Shown: piece after piece, positions 21,044-30,464 of the stretch
Layout: every line of letters begins with the position of its first letter
Position numbering within the stretch: position 1 is the first letter of the stretch
Source of the DNA: an uncultured Candidatus Saccharibacteria bacterium
GTDB taxonomy: Bacteria > Patescibacteriota > UBA1384 > XYA2-FULL-43-10 > 1-14-0-10-43-13
Reading direction: 5' to 3'
Assembly (NCBI GenBank): GCA_964364265.1
Contig: CAYILA010000005.1
Span: 6,418-70,417, forward strand
Length of the DNA stretch: 64,000 bases
Position numbers and translations under genes: made by a program
Notes under the pieces: generated by a model
What the model was told of the DNA's origin: nothing
The model's database searches: none
What the model saw: only the letters and a program-made list of their open reading frames with translations

Positions 21044-22080
21044 ATAAGATTATTGAAGAAGATATCCACAATATTTTAAAAACATCCATCAAATGGGAAT
21101 TGTTTAGAGGTAGTACGGTTCTGATTTCAGGTGCTTCTGGTTGCCTCCCCGGTTATTTGGTTGAGACACTCTTAAAATTGGATGCTCAAGGATTCAATAT
21201 TAAGGTCTTGGCACTTGTTAGGAACAGAGGGAAAGCCAGGGCACGTTTTAAAAATTATTTAAATAATAAAAATTTATTTTTTATTAATCAAGATGTGACT
21301 TTGCCGGTAAAATATCATGGGAAGATTGACTACATTATTCATGCTGCGAGTCAGGCCAGCCCAAAATACTACCAGGTAGATCCAGTTGGTACACTAACAT
21401 CTAACACTATGGGAACTTATCAATTACTTCAGCTAGCGGTTGCCAAAAAAGTGAAAGTTTTTTTATTTTTCAGTAGCGGTGAAGTTTATGGTCGGGAAGA
21501 TCAAAAAAGAACCAAGGAAACTGACTACGGTTATTTAGATCCATTAGATGTTCGTTCCTGCTATGCCGAGAGCAAACGGGCTGGCGAGACTATGTGTATC
21601 AGTTTTTTGGCCCAGTATAAAGTTCCGGTTAAGATTATTCGTCCCTTTCACACTTTTGGCCCAGGTATCGGGCTAAATGATGGCCGAGTTTTTGCTGATT
21701 TTATCGCAAATATTATTCGAAATGAAAACATTGTTATGAAAAGTGATGGTTTGTCGGAACGCTCATTTTGCTATTTGGCAGATGCTACAGTTGCTTTTTT
21801 CCTGGTATTGCTTGAGGGTAAAATAGGAGAAGCATATAATGTGGGTAGGGAAAAACCGATTTCAATTATTGAATTAGCCAAATTGGTAGTCGGATTATTT
21901 CCCGAGAAGGGGCTTAAGGTAATAAGTAGAAAAAGAGTAGAGTCTGATCGATATATCGAGAGTCGTTTTTTGCATATTGCGCCAGACATTTCTAAAATTA
22001 AAATGCTAGGTTGGCAGCCAAAATATTCGATCTCTGAAGCATTTAAAAGAACAATATTAAGTTTTGGGGAACAAAAATGA
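21040..22080 (+). CDS. NAD-dependent epimerase/dehydratase (UDP-glucuronate decarboxylase / dTDP-glucose 4,6-dehydratase-like SDR)
   Basis: VLISGASGCLPGYLVETLL Rossmann motif and YAESKRAGE catalytic YxxxK. Confidence 0.7.
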   Translation: MNKIIEEDIHNILKTSIKWELFRGSTVLISGASGCLPGYLVETLLKLDAQGFNIKVLALVRNRGKARARFKNYLNNKNLFFINQDVTLPVKYHGKIDYIIHAASQASPKYYQVDPVGTLTSNTMGTYQLLQLAVAKKVKVFLFFSSGEVYGREDQKRTKETDYGYLDPLDVRSCYAESKRAGETMCISFLAQYKVPVKIIRPFHTFGPGIGLNDGRVFADFIANIIRNENIVMKSDGLSERSFCYLADATVAFFLVLLEGKIGEAYNVGREKPISIIELAKLVVGLFPEKGLKVISRKRVESDRYIESRFLHIAPDISKIKMLGWQPKYSISEAFKRTILSFGEQK

Positions 22081-23021
22081 CAAAACGAAAAACGATCTCT
22101 GTCCTAACGCCTTGCTATAATGAGGCGGAAAATGTTGAGAACTTGTATTTGGCGGTCAAAAAAATCTTTCAAGATATCGGCAGGTATGATTATGAGCATA
22201 TTTTTATTGATAATTGTTCAACTGACCGAACAGTCCCAATACTCAAGACACTGGCTTCAAAAGATAAAAATCTAAAAATCATCGTTAATATTCGGGATTT
22301 TGGTCAAGTGAAATCACCGGTTTATGGTTTAATGCAAACCTCGGGCGATGCAGCTATTTATTTGGTATCAGATTTTCAGGATCCGTTAGAATTAATTAAC
22401 CAATTTGTAAAGAAATGGGAAGAGGGTTTTGATATTGTCATCGGCATAAAGAAAAAAAGCGCAGAAAACCCAATATTGTTTCTCTTTCGCCAATTTTACT
22501 ATAATCTTCTTAAAAAATTATCAGAAACGGATCATATTAAGAATTTCACCGGTTTTGGTCTTTATGACCGAAAATTTATTAATATTCTCCGCCGCCTTGA
22601 TGATCCTGTTCCATATTTTCGTGGTTTAGTTGCTGAACTCGGTTTTAACCGTGTAGAGATTGAATACAACCAACCAAAGCGACGCGCTGGGAAAACCCAA
22701 AATAATTTTTATACTCTTTATGATATAGCCATGCTGGGTTTTGTCAATCACACCAAAATACCCTTAAGACTGGCCAGCTTTGTCGGCTTTACTATCGCCA
22801 CCGGCAATTTAATTGCGGCCTTTGTCTATCTCATATTTAAATTGATCTATTGGAATGAATTCGATGTTGGCATGGCACCATTGGTAATCGGAGTATTCTT
22901 CTTCTCGGCGGTCCAGTTATTTTTCATCGGCATAATCGGTGAATACATCGGCGCCATCTACACGCAGGTAAAGCGCCGGCCTCTAGTAATTGAAAAAGAG
23001 AGAATCAATTTTGATAAATAA
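22077..23021 (+). CDS. GT2 polyprenyl-phosphate glycosyltransferase (GtrB/DPM1/ArnC-like) with C-terminal TM helices
   Basis: ISVLTPCYNEAENV ... IFIDNCSTDRT at the N-terminus. Two C-terminal TM helices as in GtrB. The last ~47 aa are identical to the paralog at 23931-24893. Confidence 0.75.
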   Translation: MTKRKTISVLTPCYNEAENVENLYLAVKKIFQDIGRYDYEHIFIDNCSTDRTVPILKTLASKDKNLKIIVNIRDFGQVKSPVYGLMQTSGDAAIYLVSDFQDPLELINQFVKKWEEGFDIVIGIKKKSAENPILFLFRQFYYNLLKKLSETDHIKNFTGFGLYDRKFINILRRLDDPVPYFRGLVAELGFNRVEIEYNQPKRRAGKTQNNFYTLYDIAMLGFVNHTKIPLRLASFVGFTIATGNLIAAFVYLIFKLIYWNEFDVGMAPLVIGVFFFSAVQLFFIGIIGEYIGAIYTQVKRRPLVIEKERINFDK

Positions 23022-23031
23022 TCGATTGAAA
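22881..23031 (+). repeat. ~150-bp direct repeat (copy 1) spanning the 3' end of the GtrB-like GT2 and the start of the downstream gene
   Basis: ~95% identical to 24753-24904. The last ~80 bp (gaatacatcggcgccatctacacgcaggtaaagcgccggcctctagtaattgaaaaagagagaatcaattttgataaata) are identical in both copies. Confidence 0.85.
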
Positions 23032-23958
23032 ATCGCAATTTTAGGTGCGACCGGGCATATTGCTAAAGGGTTGGTTGAGAATTTCATAACAAATACCAAT
23101 CATCAACTTTTCCTCTATTCTCGCTCGATTGATTCATTCAAGAACTATCCGGTAAAACTTCCGCAAAAGCGGGCAACGACCCTGATGAATGATTCGTTCA
23201 AGCAATATCGGTACGACGCAATTGTTAATTGTGTAGGAGTCGGCGATCCACAAAAGGTTAAAGAATCGGGTGGACGAATTTTCTTGATAACCGAGGAATT
23301 TGATCAATTGGTTATGAATTATTTATACGAATATCCGAAGTGCAAATATATCAACTTCAGCAGCGGTGCTGTTTATGGCAAGGAACTAAATGGTATTGTT
23401 TCCCTGGAATCAGAGTTTAAATTGGCGGTAAATAATATTAGCGACAAAGATTATTATGCCATCGCCAAATTAAATTCCGAAGCCAAGCATCGAAGTTTTG
23501 GAGAGTTAAATATCATTGATATTAGAGTGTTTTCATATTTTAGCCGCTATATTAATCTTAAGACAAAGTACTTGATAACTGAAATACTGGATAGTATATT
23601 GCATGGAAAAACTTTTGTTACCGATTCAAACGATATCGTTCGAGATTACATCGGGCCGAAAGATCTTTTTAACCTGGTGGATCATTGTCTTAAATATCCG
23701 AATCATTTAAATCTAGCTATTGATGTTTATAGCAAAGAGCCGGTCAAAAAAACGCAGATTCTTAAATTTTTTACTTCAAATTTTCAGTTGAAATGGCGAG
23801 TCGAATCCGGCCTAAAAATCTTAAACGCTACCGGAATGAAATCTCAATATTATTCGACTAACAAAACAGCAGAGATTGTCGGATATAAGCCTGCTTCGAC
23901 ATCGTTGGAAATACTGGGCGGCGAAGCAAAATGTATTTTAAAAAAAAGGAAACAATGA
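22990..23958 (+). CDS. NAD(P)-binding Rossmann-fold protein (SDR-like epimerase/reductase); real start probably TTG near 23026
   Basis: LKIAILGATGHIAKGLVENF glycine-rich motif. The ORF-track start (TTG at 22990) lies in the repeated segment shared with 24862 and overlaps the upstream gene. Confidence 0.45.
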   Translation: MKKRESILINNRLKIAILGATGHIAKGLVENFITNTNHQLFLYSRSIDSFKNYPVKLPQKRATTLMNDSFKQYRYDAIVNCVGVGDPQKVKESGGRIFLITEEFDQLVMNYLYEYPKCKYINFSSGAVYGKELNGIVSLESEFKLAVNNISDKDYYAIAKLNSEAKHRSFGELNIIDIRVFSYFSRYINLKTKYLITEILDSILHGKTFVTDSNDIVRDYIGPKDLFNLVDHCLKYPNHLNLAIDVYSKEPVKKTQILKFFTSNFQLKWRVESGLKILNATGMKSQYYSTNKTAEIVGYKPASTSLEILGGEAKCILKKRKQ

Positions 23959-24893
23959 AAACCTTAATCTCAATAGTTACCCCCTGTTATAATGAAGAGG
24001 AAAATATTCAGGAACTGCGAAAACAGGTTTTGGAAGTGGTCTCAAAAATTCAGGGTTATGAATTCGAGCATATTTTTATTGATAACGCTTCTACCGACCG
24101 AACCCAGCAGATACTCCGACAGATGGCCAAAGAGGATAACAGTGTCAAAGTCATCTTAAATCTGAAAAATTTTGGCCACATTCGCTCGCCTTACTACGCT
24201 CTTCTACAAGCTAATGGATCAGCGGTTATCCAAATCGTTTCCGATCTTCAGGATCCTCCGAAAATGATCAAGGACTTTGTACGAGAATGGGAAGCCGGTC
24301 ATCAGATAGTTATTGGGGTTAAGAAAAAGAGTGAAGAAAACCGATTATTGTTTGCGATTCGATGTTTATATTATCGTTTGCTTAAAAAGATGTCGGAGAC
24401 GGAACAGATAGAGAACTTTACCGGTTTTGGTTTGTATGATCGTTCATTTTTGGATATTATTCGTCAAATCACTGAACCCTACCCTTATCTTCGGGGGTTA
24501 GTTGCAGAATACGGTGTCAACCGGTTAGAAATTGAGTATGTCCAACCGCGCCGAAAAAAGGGCAAAACAAATAATAATTTTTATACTCTTTATGATATGG
24601 CGATGACCGGCTTTGTTAACCACTCCAAGGTTCCCTTGAGATTGGCAAGTTTTATCGGTTTTAGTGTTGCAATTTTAAGCCTGATGGTGGCTATAATTTA
24701 TTTTATTATTAAATTAATTCATTGGGATGAATTTAATGCCGGTATTGCTCCTCTGGTAATCGGAGTATTCTTCTTCTCGGCGGTTCAATTATTCTTTATC
24801 GGGATAATCGGGGAATACATCGGCGCCATCTACACGCAGGTAAAGCGCCGGCCTCTAGTAATTGAAAAAGAGAGAATCAATTTTGATAAATAA
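23931..24893 (+). CDS. GT2 polyprenyl-phosphate glycosyltransferase (GtrB/DPM1-like), paralog of 22077-23021
   Basis: LISIVTPCYNEEENIQEL ... IFIDNASTDRT. Roughly 60% identical to the upstream paralog, with the C-terminal 47 aa 100% identical (inference). The real start is probably MKTLIS at ~23955. Confidence 0.75.
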   Translation: MYFKKKETMKTLISIVTPCYNEEENIQELRKQVLEVVSKIQGYEFEHIFIDNASTDRTQQILRQMAKEDNSVKVILNLKNFGHIRSPYYALLQANGSAVIQIVSDLQDPPKMIKDFVREWEAGHQIVIGVKKKSEENRLLFAIRCLYYRLLKKMSETEQIENFTGFGLYDRSFLDIIRQITEPYPYLRGLVAEYGVNRLEIEYVQPRRKKGKTNNNFYTLYDMAMTGFVNHSKVPLRLASFIGFSVAILSLMVAIIYFIIKLIHWDEFNAGIAPLVIGVFFFSAVQLFFIGIIGEYIGAIYTQVKRRPLVIEKERINFDK

Positions 24894-24904
24894 GCGATTG
24901 AAAA
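24753..24904 (+). repeat. ~150-bp direct repeat (copy 2)
   Basis: See copy 1 at 22881-23031. Confidence 0.85.
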
Positions 24905-27123
24905 AATACCGGGTTGTTTTACTCTATCTTTTTCTTTCACTCATTTTTTTGGCTCCGATATTAACCGGAAATGGTCTACCGTTTCGTTATGACTGGGTCT
25001 GGCCGATCTTTAATACGGGGCAGTTTTGGGATGGTCTAACGACAGGCAATTCACTTGGTGTTTTTTCAGCTCTATCAAAAAACGGACCGGCGGTTCTAGG
25101 AGTATTGGGAATGACTTATCTTCCGCCCTTATATTTGTTTAAAATATTTATCTTTTTGATCCATTTTGTAGCCGGATATGGATTTTACCGGTTTATCAGA
25201 GAGAGGGTACAGTCAGAAACGGTAGCAATCGTTTCCGGTTTGGCCTACGCTTTGACGCCCTATATATTCATAAGAACTATCATCGGTTTTGTCTGGTCGA
25301 TGCTGGCTTATGCGCTACTGCCGGTTTTTTTATTAAAATATTTCGAAGCTAAGAAAAAAATCTTTGACTATCTGATTATTGGTTTTCTTTTCTCTTTGAT
25401 ATTCGGCCAAATCCAAGCCGGTCTTTTAACCTTTTTAATCATTTCGATTTATTCGGTTTTGTCTCTATTTACTACGGATTCTAAAAAAGCGGTCAAAAAT
25501 TATATTTTTACCCTTATCTCCCTCTTTGTTTTCGCCTTGCCATGGCTATCGGTTATTTTTTTTAAGAAACAAACTTTAGCCACTGTTTCCGGCGGAGCTG
25601 CCACAACCCTGGATTTTATTTCCTCCCTCCCTCACAGTTACCGCAACTTCATAATGCTTTCAGATCATCATATAACCTCGGATTTTTTCAATTCTTTGGG
25701 GCGGGATAAACTATTTCTAGCCGGTTGGCTGGTCGTCTGGTTCGTGTCTGCCTGCGTCGTATTTAATAAAAAAAATAGAACATTGGCGCTGACATTTTTG
25801 GTTTCCTCATTATTGGTTTTGCCTTTCATTAAAGGTCCGCTTGGAGTTTTCGGACATTTTTATATCTGGTTTTATGATCGAGTACCTCAAATTGCTGTTT
25901 TTAGGGAAACCTATCATTTTGAATTTTTATTCGCCATCTCTATTTCTGTTTTGTTTGCTCTGGGACTCGATTGGCTTTGGCAAAAGATTGATAATCAAAA
26001 AAAAATAACCCTGCCTCGCCGACAGGCGGGCAAGATACAAGGTTCAGACGGACTTATTAGCTTACTGCTTACCGGCTTAAAAGCTATTTCAGCCGGCAGT
26101 ATTATCTTCATCATCTCGCCTTATCTGACATTTGATTATGCCGGTTATCTAAAACTTCAAAAAATTCCCGCTGAATATAATCAGCTAAATATTTTTCTAA
26201 AAGAAAATAAAAATTACTGTCAGAAGATTTACTACCCTCCCGGACTGGGTTTTCTTTATTTTAAAAACGATAATTTAAAAGGCGCCTCAAATGCCGACAC
26301 CTTTGCTTCCTCAGTCGGTATTCCGCATCTGACCGATGGCGCTTCCGTTTTGAGTGTGCCAAGCGAAGAGATGTTTTATCGAAACGAGATCGTATCCCAG
26401 TTTTATGAAAGGTCTGATGACGGCCGGTTTGTAGATTTGCTGAATGAGGGTGGCGTTGACTGCCTAATATTGCGCTTGAATATGGAAACGAGATATGATC
26501 AGGCCTCAAACCTTTGGCGAGAGAAAGATCCAGTCATCCTAAAGAAATGGAACAATATCGACCTCCTTTCTTTAGCCAAAACGAAAAAGGGGATGAAACT
26601 GGAGAAGCAATTCGGAGAAAATATTTTCATTTATAAGATCGACTCAAACAAAGTTCAGGATCCGGGACTCGGGACTCGGGACTCGGGACTGAATAATCTG
26701 GAACCGGTGGCCTGGAACCAGAGACCTAGGACGTATCTGCCGCTAACCGATTGGGCGAATAATTTTGCTTACTATAGGGATGGTTGGAGCCGAGGCCGAT
26801 ATGACTTTTGGCGCAAACACCTCTTCACACAACTGCGACAGGATTTTATCTATACCGATAAGCCTGACTCAACTTTGACTGGAAAAATTTCGGAAAACGG
26901 ATCCTATGAGCTCTGGGTGCGGTATCTAGACGGCGGAGGAGCAGGCAGATTTAAGATTATTGTTAATAATATGGAATTTGTGGTACAAAAGGAGGCAGGC
27001 GCGGAGAGATTCGCTTGGAAGATATTAAATGAAGTTAAAATTAATGGAAACGCTTCCTTTGAAATTACCAATCTTAGCGGCGAGAATGCCATATCGGATC
27101 TTGTTTTGATAAAAAACGATTGA
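24862..27123 (+). CDS. large polytopic membrane protein with C-terminal soluble domain (putative GtrC-like/GT-C glycosyltransferase partner of the GtrB-like GT2)
   Basis: 753 aa. The N-terminal ~420 aa are multi-TM and the C-terminal ~330 aa are soluble. It contains a 4x heptanucleotide tract (26663-26690). The ORF-track TTG start is inside the duplicated segment; the real start is probably ~24898. Confidence 0.4.
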   Translation: MKKRESILINKRLKKYRVVLLYLFLSLIFLAPILTGNGLPFRYDWVWPIFNTGQFWDGLTTGNSLGVFSALSKNGPAVLGVLGMTYLPPLYLFKIFIFLIHFVAGYGFYRFIRERVQSETVAIVSGLAYALTPYIFIRTIIGFVWSMLAYALLPVFLLKYFEAKKKIFDYLIIGFLFSLIFGQIQAGLLTFLIISIYSVLSLFTTDSKKAVKNYIFTLISLFVFALPWLSVIFFKKQTLATVSGGAATTLDFISSLPHSYRNFIMLSDHHITSDFFNSLGRDKLFLAGWLVVWFVSACVVFNKKNRTLALTFLVSSLLVLPFIKGPLGVFGHFYIWFYDRVPQIAVFRETYHFEFLFAISISVLFALGLDWLWQKIDNQKKITLPRRQAGKIQGSDGLISLLLTGLKAISAGSIIFIISPYLTFDYAGYLKLQKIPAEYNQLNIFLKENKNYCQKIYYPPGLGFLYFKNDNLKGASNADTFASSVGIPHLTDGASVLSVPSEEMFYRNEIVSQFYERSDDGRFVDLLNEGGVDCLILRLNMETRYDQASNLWREKDPVILKKWNNIDLLSLAKTKKGMKLEKQFGENIFIYKIDSNKVQDPGLGTRDSGLNNLEPVAWNQRPRTYLPLTDWANNFAYYRDGWSRGRYDFWRKHLFTQLRQDFIYTDKPDSTLTGKISENGSYELWVRYLDGGGAGRFKIIVNNMEFVVQKEAGAERFAWKILNEVKINGNASFEITNLSGENAISDLVLIKND
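26663..26690 (+). repeat. heptanucleotide tandem repeat (cgggact)x4 inside the CDS at 24862-27123
   Basis: cgggactcgggactcgggactcgggact encodes GLGTRDSGL. Unit length is not a multiple of 3. Confidence 0.8.
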
Positions 27124-27127
27124 TATT

Positions 27128-28171
27128 ATGTCCCCCAAAAAAGATAAAACATTATTGACAGGAAACGAGGCGGCGGTTTTAGGGGCGATTGATGCCGGTG
27201 CCACGATTATGTATGGCTACCCGATCACTCCGGCCACCGAAATATTGGAGGGTTGGATTGCTACCGCTGAAAAAAATAGAGATCTAAAATATCTTCAGAC
27301 CGAAGATGAAATAGCGGCTGGTTTTGGAGTAATCGGTTCCGTTTTGGCGGGAGTAAAATCCTTCACCGCCTCGGCCGGACCGGGCCATGTCCTGCTACAA
27401 GACGCAATTTCGATGGCTGAAAATTTAAGATTGCCCTTTGTTGGGATTATGATGCAAAGGGGCGGCCCCTCCACCGGTACTGTCAATTACTCTCAACAGG
27501 AAGTCAATCTGGCCGCCTTTGGCGGCAATGGCGATGGATTAAGGATTGTTTATTCGGCTTCCTCGGTTCCTGAAATGTATGAGCTGACTATAAAATCATT
27601 CCAGTCGGCTTGGAAATACCGTTTTCCGACGATTCTTTTGGGAGACGGCTATCTGGGCAAGATGAAAACTACGATAAAGTTAAAAGATAAAAGAGAAAAG
27701 ATAAAAGTAGACAGCAAACCGATTCTGGCGGAAGATTCCAAACATCCGGTCAATTTGCGCAACTGTTACAGTTCGGAGGAAATTTTCGGAAGTTATCTGG
27801 CAAAAAATATTAAAGATTGGAAAAAATATTCCGGAAAAATTGCCGAGTCCGAAAGTTTTAAGGTTAAAGATGCCGATATGGTTCTTATCGCTCACGGCTT
27901 GGTTGCCAGCGCCGCCAAAGAAGCGGTCTTGGAACTTCGGAAAAAGAACAAGAAAATCGGACTGTTTCGGCCGATAACCCTAAATCCTTTTGATGCCGAA
28001 ACCCTAATAAAATGCCGAGCCAAGAAATTGATAATCATCGAATCAGCCAAGGACCAACTTGCCAGAATCGTAAAATATGAAATGTCAGGTCAAAATCGCC
28101 AAATTATCGAGATTTCTAAACCAGCCGAGGGCTTTACGTCTGATGAAATCATTCAGAAAATCAAATTATGA
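27128..28171 (+). CDS. 2-oxoacid:ferredoxin oxidoreductase, alpha subunit (PorA/KorA/VorA-like)
   Basis: LLTGNEAAVLGAIDAGATIMYGYPITPATEILE N-terminus is typical of OFOR alpha subunits. Confidence 0.8.
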   Translation: MSPKKDKTLLTGNEAAVLGAIDAGATIMYGYPITPATEILEGWIATAEKNRDLKYLQTEDEIAAGFGVIGSVLAGVKSFTASAGPGHVLLQDAISMAENLRLPFVGIMMQRGGPSTGTVNYSQQEVNLAAFGGNGDGLRIVYSASSVPEMYELTIKSFQSAWKYRFPTILLGDGYLGKMKTTIKLKDKREKIKVDSKPILAEDSKHPVNLRNCYSSEEIFGSYLAKNIKDWKKYSGKIAESESFKVKDADMVLIAHGLVASAAKEAVLELRKKNKKIGLFRPITLNPFDAETLIKCRAKKLIIIESAKDQLARIVKYEMSGQNRQIIEISKPAEGFTSDEIIQKIKL

Positions 28172-28884
28172 ACATTGAACCGAAAAGTTGGAAAAAATCA
28201 TCGAAGCCGCATCTTTTCTGCCCCGGATGCGGACATGGAATAGTTTTAAAACAGATTGGTTTTTTGATTGATGAGATGAAAATTCAAAACAAGGTTACCT
28301 TTGGTATTGATATCGGTTGTTCGCTATTGGCTTGGGATTTTTTTGATATTGACACCATCCAAACCCATCATGGCCGGACGGTGCCGGTGATGACGGGGTA
28401 CAAAATGGCCAAGCCCAAAAGAATTACCCTGGCTTACATGGGCGACGGCGGAGCATATGCCATCGGTTTGCAATCATTGATTCATGCCGCGGTACGCAAT
28501 GATCCGATTACAGTTATTGTTATCAATAACCAAAATTATGCCATGACTGGCGGCCAAATGTCGCCTACGACCTTGATTGGAGCCAAGACGACAACCTCGC
28601 CTTCGGGCAAGAAAAAACTTTTCGGCGAGGGTTTTTTGGGCCCGGAGTTGCTAAGGAATATTGTCGCCGAGAAGGCCTTCATCGCTCGCGCTTCGGTCTC
28701 CAACCCGATCCTTTTGAAAAATCTACTCAAGAAGGCGATATTGAATCAATTGGAAAACGATTCCTTCTCCTTCGTCGAAATCATCTCGACCTGCCCGATA
28801 AATTGGAAAACGGATGCCAGAGGTTCGCTCGAGAAAATAAGTAAGCTAGAGAAGTATTATGAAGTGGGGGAAATTAAGACATGA
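28168..28884 (+). CDS. 2-oxoacid:ferredoxin oxidoreductase, beta subunit (ThDP-binding)
   Basis: CPGCGHG N-terminal Cys motif and GDGG...N ThDP region. ATGA overlap with the alpha subunit gene. Confidence 0.8.
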   Translation: MNIEPKSWKKSSKPHLFCPGCGHGIVLKQIGFLIDEMKIQNKVTFGIDIGCSLLAWDFFDIDTIQTHHGRTVPVMTGYKMAKPKRITLAYMGDGGAYAIGLQSLIHAAVRNDPITVIVINNQNYAMTGGQMSPTTLIGAKTTTSPSGKKKLFGEGFLGPELLRNIVAEKAFIARASVSNPILLKNLLKKAILNQLENDSFSFVEIISTCPINWKTDARGSLEKISKLEKYYEVGEIKT

Positions 28885-29693
28885 AAAAGAATCCGACAAG
28901 AATAGTATTGGCCGGCGAAGGCGGACAGGGGATTCAGACCATTGCCAAGGTTATCGCTTCGTCCGCCTCAAAAACTGGTTATGAAGTTACCTATCTGCCG
29001 TCCTTCGGCGTGGAACAGCGGGGAACGCCCTCTGTCGCTTATTTAATTATATCTCGCCATAAAATACTCTATCCTCGTTTTGAAACGGCCGATTATGCCG
29101 TCGTCCTTTCCAAGCGGGCAGTTCAAACCTTAGAAAAAAATATCGGCAATCATACCGCAGTGGTTTTTAACAGCTCGATAATCAATGAAAAGAGCTTCAA
29201 GATTGGCAAACTGCTTGGTCTTGCCGCCACAGAATTGGCTTCGACTGTCTCACCCCGGTCTTTCAATGTCTTAATCGCCGCCAAGATATGCCAGATATTA
29301 TCGCTTGATAAAATAACTTCATGGAAATCGGTATTAGAGATACTTGAACATAAATTAAAAAGCAAAGAGATCGTAAATAATAATCAAAAAGTTTTTGACC
29401 TCGGCTGGGAGACGGATTTAGAGAACAAAATCTTTTCAAAACAAACCTTCAAACCGGTCAATGGTATTTCTGAACACAAAAACAAAAAAAGGATCGCTAA
29501 GGTCTTCAATGAAAGATGCAAGGGTTGTGGACTCTGTGTTGAGATTTGTCCGGTCAGGGCAATAAGATTCGGATCAAAAATCGGGATTTACGGGAATTTT
29601 CTACCTGAAATTGATATTGAAAAATGTATCGGTTGCGGCAAGTGTTTCGAAATATGCCCCGATGTGGCGATCAAAGTATCCAACTTAAAATAA
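28881..29693 (+). CDS. 2-oxoacid:ferredoxin oxidoreductase gamma subunit fused to delta (2x[4Fe-4S] ferredoxin) domain
   Basis: N-terminal gamma-like domain (RIVLAGEGGQGIQT). C-terminus carries two CxxCxxCxxxCP motifs (CKGCGLCVEICP, CIGCGKCFEICP). Confidence 0.7.
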   Translation: MKKNPTRIVLAGEGGQGIQTIAKVIASSASKTGYEVTYLPSFGVEQRGTPSVAYLIISRHKILYPRFETADYAVVLSKRAVQTLEKNIGNHTAVVFNSSIINEKSFKIGKLLGLAATELASTVSPRSFNVLIAAKICQILSLDKITSWKSVLEILEHKLKSKEIVNNNQKVFDLGWETDLENKIFSKQTFKPVNGISEHKNKKRIAKVFNERCKGCGLCVEICPVRAIRFGSKIGIYGNFLPEIDIEKCIGCGKCFEICPDVAIKVSNLK

Positions 29694-30464
29694 ACGGTAA
29701 AAGAAGCGAAGAGATTTCATCACTAATGTTGCGACTTCGCCGTTGTGTTTTTTCCAATATAAATCCTGACTTTTGTAATAAAAGTTTTTTTTATCTTTGT
29801 CGGTGGAACTTTTGCCCTCAAGATGGATGATTTTAGCAGTATTCAAAACAGCGTTTTTATAACCGGCATCTACCAACCGTTTACATAGATCATCATCCTC
29901 TAAATACATAAAGAAACGCTCATCAAAACCGTCAATTTTATCAAAAATTTCTTTTTTAATCATTAGAGCCGCCCCGGTTACGATATCGGTATAGACAAAT
30001 TCCTTGTCAGGATCAATTCTTGGGTGGTTGTGTCGTCTGATCGTCAAACCGGATAAAGATTGAAATCGGCCCAAAAAACTTTTTTGCAGTGAATCTTTGT
30101 CTGGACCAAGCAGACATGTCAGAGCGCCGACTTCAGTATGACTTGTGATAAAATGAAGCATTTTATCAATCGAATTATCAGGGACAATAGTATCGGGGTT
30201 TAAGAGAAGGAGATATTCGCCCTCTGCCTTTCTCGCTCCTAAATTGTTGGCTCCGCCAAAGCCGAGGTTTTTATCTAGCCGGATCGCTTTGATTCTCTTG
30301 TCGACTTTTTCGTATTCCTTGGTATGGTCTTTAGTGGAATTATTATCAATAATAATAACTTCGAAATCAAGTTTTGAATTAGAGATTATTGAGTTCAAAC
30401 AGGCCAAAAGATATTGGTCGCTATTGTAGTCAACAATAATAATCGAGAGCTCCGGATTGTTCAT
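29685..30464 (-). CDS. glycosyltransferase family 2
   Basis: LSIIIVDYNSDQYLLACLNSI ... EVIIIDNNS and LGFGGANNLG are GT2 motifs. Confidence 0.7.
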   Translation of the reverse strand: MNNPELSIIIVDYNSDQYLLACLNSIISNSKLDFEVIIIDNNSTKDHTKEYEKVDKRIKAIRLDKNLGFGGANNLGARKAEGEYLLLLNPDTIVPDNSIDKMLHFITSHTEVGALTCLLGPDKDSLQKSFLGRFQSLSGLTIRRHNHPRIDPDKEFVYTDIVTGAALMIKKEIFDKIDGFDERFFMYLEDDDLCKRLVDAGYKNAVLNTAKIIHLEGKSSTDKDKKNFYYKSQDLYWKKHNGEVATLVMKSLRFFYRLF

